A stretch of DNA of 64,000 nt from Eledone cirrhosa (Eukaryota), in assembly GCA_964016885.1 (NCBI GenBank), contig OZ024742.1, positions 88,040,001 through 88,104,000 on the forward strand. The letters run 5' to 3'. How positions within the stretch are numbered: position 1 is the first letter of the stretch; every line of letters begins with the position of its first letter. Below the pieces are notes generated by a model. It was not told the DNA's origin. It saw nothing but the letters and a program-made list of their open reading frames with translations, and searched no databases. This document shows positions 58,128-64,000 of the stretch, piece after piece. A program made the position numbers and the translations under genes.

Positions 58128-58203
<76 letters not shown>

Positions 58204-58539
58204 GGTGGGTGTGTGTATGTGTGTGTATGTGAGTGTGTGTGTGTGTGTTTGTTTGTGTGTGTATGTGTGTGTATGTGTGTGTGTATATATGGGTATGTGT
58301 GTGTTTGTGTATGTGTGTGTATGTGTGTGTCTATATGTGTATATGTGTGTGTGGGTGTATGTGTGTGCGTGTGTGTGAGTGTGTGTGTGCGAGTGTGTTG
58401 GTGTCTCTATGAACCTGTTAAGAATATACCAAGAATATAAACAATACTAAGTTTTGTTTTCTGTAAAATCTCCAAAAGCTGCCAATGCATTCGACACTGT
58501 CATTCTCGCTTTTTTTTTAAAATCACAAACTCTGTCTTA

Positions 58540-59075
58540 AAATGACAATCAATCCTTTCTTAAGATATTCTATTGCATACCACCGATTCAAATGATTAAT
58601 TTCCCTATACCAACGTAATATGGAATATAGTCGACGACATAGAATTAAGTTAAAGCAATAGCAAGGCTGCATCAACTACTTTATATTGATTTTATCTGGG
58701 ACAGTAGGAACTGCCCAAAACCTCAAGCGAGAGCAATGAAAAAAAGAATGAGTAATAAGGAAAAGTGTTTTCTGAAGAAGGCTGAAAAATGTCGGCCATC
58801 GAGCCGATTCCAATCAAGCAGCTGGCCTTATACGAACATTGACCTGTTATTATAAAGAAAAACAAATTATCAAACAGAGCTACCAATATGATGCAAATTA
58901 AGAGATTACCAATACAATGGTATTCCAACATTTGGTTCAATCAATAAAAGGCAAGATATTCATATAATTTCATCAGATAGATATCAATTTCACCCATTTT
59001 CATATGCTCGCTTTAATTATACAGCGCCGGCATCTAGATCTGAAGCAGTCAACGTACGCTCACAGATACATGCAT

Positions 59076-59130
<55 letters not shown>

Positions 59131-59500
59131 CATACACACACACACACATACATATATTTATATATATTTATATGAATTAAGAATGATAATTGACTATAGC
59201 CTCCTGGGATGCGACATTTATACAGAGTTAAAATATTTTTTCATAAAGTATGTAAGTAATGTCAAGAGCAAATGTTAGTGAAGGAATTATATTTGATGTC
59301 GGGTATATGTGCTTCTATGAAATAAGAACGCTCAAGAGAACTTTTCAAAAATATAGAGATATTCAAAATACTGAATAAAAGTATTTGGTCTCTAATTAGT
59401 TCTTGGAATATGTATGTGTATGTAGATTGTATATAAAAAAATCTTGAATAAAATTTAACTTACACATACAGATTACTAGCATACATCTCGATAAGATTAT
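58540..59500 (-). pseudogene. Possible class A GPCR pseudogene relic
   Basis: Hand translation across frames gives VDCFRSRCR (DRY-like), a hydrophobic ISCLLLIEP (TM4-like), LLLILFFIAL and LNSMSSTIFH (NPxxY-like), in the expected order. Heavily decayed. Confidence 0.3.
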
Positions 59501-59699
59501 TAAATCTGGGTAACAGGCATATGCAATATATTGTACAGTATATTACTGCGATTGTTGTTGATATACATTCTGAACAGAAATTCTTAATTTCTGCAGAGGG
59601 CTAATAATGTAAATGAAATATTAGGAAAAAAAAAATATTCAGATAAATTGCTCAGTGGAAACCGATATTAAGTAGTTATAATGGCTCAGCGTTTTAGAT

Positions 59700-61110
59700 G
59701 GGCTTCTTTGGCTTTAGGTAGTCTCATATAGTGGCAGATAACTAATTGCTTATCATTTGAATGCTCAGACCTCTCTCAACATATGCAGCCCCGTATCGAA
59801 GAAGTGAGAGGCAATTCCACAAACAATTATTGATCTCTGACCCGGGTTCCTCTTATACCATGTATATTCATGGATGCCTCTGTGCTGGAGGAAGGTGCTC
59901 ATAGCAGAGAGCCCATTGATAGAACAGATGTTTAATAACATCTCTCCATTCATATTTAGATCGGAATCTCCCTTCAGGAACGCGTCAGGAGCTCTCTTCT
60001 CTTCAGCGAGGAGCATCCTCAGGAGATGCAGAATATACTTTGCTGATCTCCCACACCCGATTGCAAGAACATATTCTGATGTATATGAGGTGCATCTGGA
60101 AGGGATAACTAATGATGTCCATTTGGAAATTCTCAAGAGCAAATACAGGGCTCACATATAGCAAGGCAGCTGAGGAGTACGTAGTTCGGCCCGAAATGTT
60201 AAACGCCTTAAATAGAGAAGGAATTACTGGCTGACTCGTGCGTGCCGAGTGGGACTGGATCTCTGGAAAGGCACCTAAGCAAAGGCAATCGGGAGTAATA
60301 ATATTAATTTTCGAATATACAGACGAGTGAGATTGCTCCAATTATAGAGGGATATTCTTGTTGAGCATCCTCCGTGAAATTTATGTTGTTTTTGGCAACA
60401 TATGCCTGGCTCGTGTCCAAGCTATCTGATGAGAAGTATGGATTTCACCCGTGAGGAAGCAGAGTCGACCAAACATTCAAACTGAGGCTGGTCTTTCAGA
60501 AATCGTGGAATTCCTGCCATGAAGCGTATTCTTGCTTTGGCAACCTTGAAAGTGCATATGAGCTAGTTGCTGTCGAAGATTCTACAGGAGTATGGGATCG
60601 ATAATCAGCTTCTTGTTACACTGATGTCTCTATATATTGCGTGAGCAGTTGTGTTAGGATAAATGGTGCTAAATCGAAATTATTCAATGTGAGAGACGGA
60701 GTCCGCCACGTGTGACTAGTGTTACCTCTGATGATCATTATTTTCCTGAACAGGAAATGAGCTGCCTGGTTGGTATCACGACTGGCAAGTGTGAAATCAG
60801 TCGGATAGATAACATGGTGTTTCTTAACTCGACATAAGTTGATCTCCGGCTTGTACTTGGTCAATTTGATGCCAAGTGCTGCATGGCAGGAATGAAATTT
60901 ACCAATGCGAAATTTGAGAAATCGTTTTCTCAAGAAAGCCTGTGCGTTGTAATAATCAGTAGAAGGTTGTGTGGGTGTAAATGCCAATCTTCAATTGTAC
61001 ATTCGTGATAACCCTTACACATGATCGTGAATCTTGGGTAATGACTGAATGAATACGATCGAAAATACAAACGGCCGAAATGGGGTTCTTCGGAAGATTA
61101 CTTGGAGATC
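59700..61110. mobile_element. Decayed RTE-like LINE with a 5' inversion
   Basis: Endonuclease C-terminus on the minus strand at ~59700-59990 (NGEMLLNIC...STFLQH...YTW). RT on the plus strand from ~60000 (RPEMLNAL, DCSNYRGI, DEKYGF). Confidence 0.7.
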
Positions 61111-63648
61111 AGGTTAGAGACGCTAATTTTCCGTGTAATAAAAGTGCAATATTTTCGGTAGAATGTTTTGCTGTAGTTTTGTTCAGGTACACTTCGCTCA
61201 GTGTTGAAACATTGGAAAACTCGTCGAGAAAAAATCTGTCATCCATCATGTGTCGATCAATATTGTATCCATCCAGTATTGGGACTGATTCTTTCTCTAT
61301 CCTATCCTACACCGGTTCATCATCATGTACAATTTCACTATACATGAGTAATGTCATCATTTGTTTGTGAATATAAGTTATTCTGTTGGATGTGGACATA
61401 TGTATAGACAAAGAACAGCATGTTTAGGTTATTATAATAAACGTGAAATCACTGAATAATTTAACGGAATATCACAAATCACGACGTAAAATGCTCCCAA
61501 ACTTTCACTACTCTACAATAAATGTACGCATGTATGAACGCTAGTTTACGTTTCAACCGGATCTCAGGATTAGCTGTTGATTTGTGGTCACTGTTGCATT
61601 AATAACAGCTCAGCGTTAATATGCAGTGACTACGTTATTACGGTTTAGTGGAAACAACTCTCTGATATTAACAGCTTTCTTTGAATTGATTTAAATACTT
61701 CAAATTTCTTGCCATTAATTACAGAAATATCTGGGTTGATTTGATCAGTGGAAAATTCTCATATGTTATGGCAATTGAAATTACCTCCTTGACCTTGTAC
61801 AGCCTATGCTCTTTCTCGAAGAATCAAAGCCTCTATTCGCGGCGCAGCTCACTGGAATAGGGAGGAATCCTATATTCAAAACTGAAGATTATAGTGGTTA
61901 AACATTATCTTTAATCTATAATCTTCCAAATAAAAAAGCTCATGCATATGAAGTTTAACCGGTCGTTGTCCAAATATCATTAGCTGCTATTCAGAGCCCA
62001 TTTAGTAGTTATTGACCGTAACTCCCGTATAGTTTATAATGAGTTTATATGAGGCTGCCAATCATTTCTGTATAAGCTTTAAACATAATGAGAGGATAAT
62101 TTTCCAAAAATGACAGGATGAAAAATCGGACAACGACATACACCTTCAGCACGTTCATCCCACTCAGTCTCATCAACCCCTTCATAATTTTTCACGAAGG
62201 AGTTGAACAAAGAAAATCCTACAATTGTACACTTTGTATGATAAAGCGCTGAGTTTCTGGTGCCCATAATTAATCTAATGTTGATGGCCATGGTAGTAGC
62301 GTATTGAATCCCAACATCCATGTCTTTCAAAGACAGAATTGTTATATAGTTATATCCGCGTTGTTAGGGGCTAGGTTAGATTGGTGCTTTTCTAATATGT
62401 CTTATATATTTATCAAATTATTAGAGAAAAAAGTAAGACCCATAATAGAAAAATTCAGAGTGACACGAATTCATTATTCAGAAGTAGGTTACAGTTTATG
62501 AACATAACGCTAGTGTCTGGGAATCCCATATTTGTAGGCCGTTTCGAGAGTTGAAGGGATAACGGGGCGAATAATTATAGAGAATCCAGTTTTCGAGTGA
62601 TCCATGTGGTTTAAAGCCGTCGGTCACTGTACCAATGTTTGGATACGGACATTTTGGGTTATTTTTGAAATCTTGATTAATCATCCACCACCATTTGAGG
62701 AAAATTGTTTCCGGTATATGTGTCAGTTGATTGGACATGATTAAACATACAGGAAAGGAAAGTCGATTGATACATTACCAGTTGTCGCATTCTTACGTAT
62801 TACGTTACATAGGTCGGCCAACACGTTCACACGCTGATTATGAAGGATAGATGCTACAGCTGTTAATTGTGCATTAATAATTATAGAGAATCCAGTTTTC
62901 GAGTGATCCATGTGGTTTATTGCCGTCGGTGCATTAATTTCAAATATTCTATTAATAACTTCATTGTTCCTTTTCCAAAGACTATGTTGAAAAATATGAG
63001 AGTATATTGGTCAGCCTTTGACTATTTCAGCTCATGAAACTTTCAGCCGATCCTGTTCTTTCAAATATGAAAACTGATTACAAGTGTGTCTGTCCACTAC
63101 ATGTCCCATCGTCGACACTGGCTGATGCCAATGATTTCCAAAGCGCATAAATCGCACAGAAAATCCGAAATAGTATTCCTGACTTAAATATTAGACATAT
63201 TAATCGTGCATCAATTGAAAAGGCAAAGCATTTAATTCTCTTTAAATATGATATGTTGATAGCAGTGAATCTGCTGATAGCAGTGAACCTACAAATAGTG
63301 AGAGAGAAAGAAAAACAGAATAATCTAAGGAGAAATAATTTAAAAAATAAAAATAAATTAATTGTTAAAATCCATTATTTTTGTTAGGAGATAATTTGAG
63401 ATTGGTATGAATAAACTGTTAAGAAATTAACACAGTTGTTTCTTAATTAGAATCAGTTAAACATTAAAGACTACGAACTGCGGACAGTGTCACTTGAACT
63501 TTGAACACAAGATAAGAGCGATATATTTGATAAATACTATTAATCAAGTTCCTAAACAAATTAATAGATCAAGGAAAAAAATATGTCCTATCTACCCACA
63601 CATGTATTCCTGCACACACACACACACACACACACACACGTACAACCA

Positions 63649-63716
<68 letters not shown>

Positions 63717-64000
63717 TATACTTATATATATGTGTGTGTGTGTGTGTATATCTGTGTCAATGGGTGTCTGTAAGAGTGTGTTTGCGTTTACATGTGCGTG
63801 TGCAAAAGTCAAGATACAAAATCGTTTTCAATAATTCACTATCAATCAGGAAATACAGAGGGTTAACAAGATATAAGAGATTTTGTCTTTTTGTTCAAAG
63901 CCATTAATTTATCAGCGTTACGAATCAGGTTATTGATTTTGTGTTTGATCATAACATAACGACACGTTTAGAAAATTAGTTTCGAAACTTATCGCTGTTA

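Noticed and set aside
62571-62930. ~50-bp direct repeat (62571-62624 / 62877-62930) and short ORFs nearby
   Set aside because: An isolated local duplication with no recognisable element or protein motif.

Overview
AT-rich, microsatellite-saturated animal genomic DNA, most likely an octopus (inferred from the SINE family and the TA/CA density, not proven). I found no intact host gene. Most of the first 58 kb is a stack of Penelope-like retroelements (PLEs) and their non-coding dependants inserted into (TA)n tracts. Four near-complete or 5'-truncated PLEs have Hydra-clade-like signatures (DKT, YRDD, CxC linker, C-terminal GIY-YIG), and one of them is intact apart from a single homopolymer frameshift. 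Two Neptune-like PLEs join an upstream ORF to the RT ORF through a conserved U-UUU-UUA -1 frameshift site. Four non-coding tandem/inverted arrays (units of 310, 316, about 466 and 524 bp) carry one type I hammerhead ribozyme (HHR) per unit and look like retrozymes. One array is fused head-to-head to a PLE, two share a scaffold but carry different ribozyme modules, and many HHRs use a U3-A8 core variant. tRNA-derived SINEs, RTE LINE relics, a mariner relic and a possible GPCR pseudogene make up the rest. All structures were paired by eye; no folding or database search was run.
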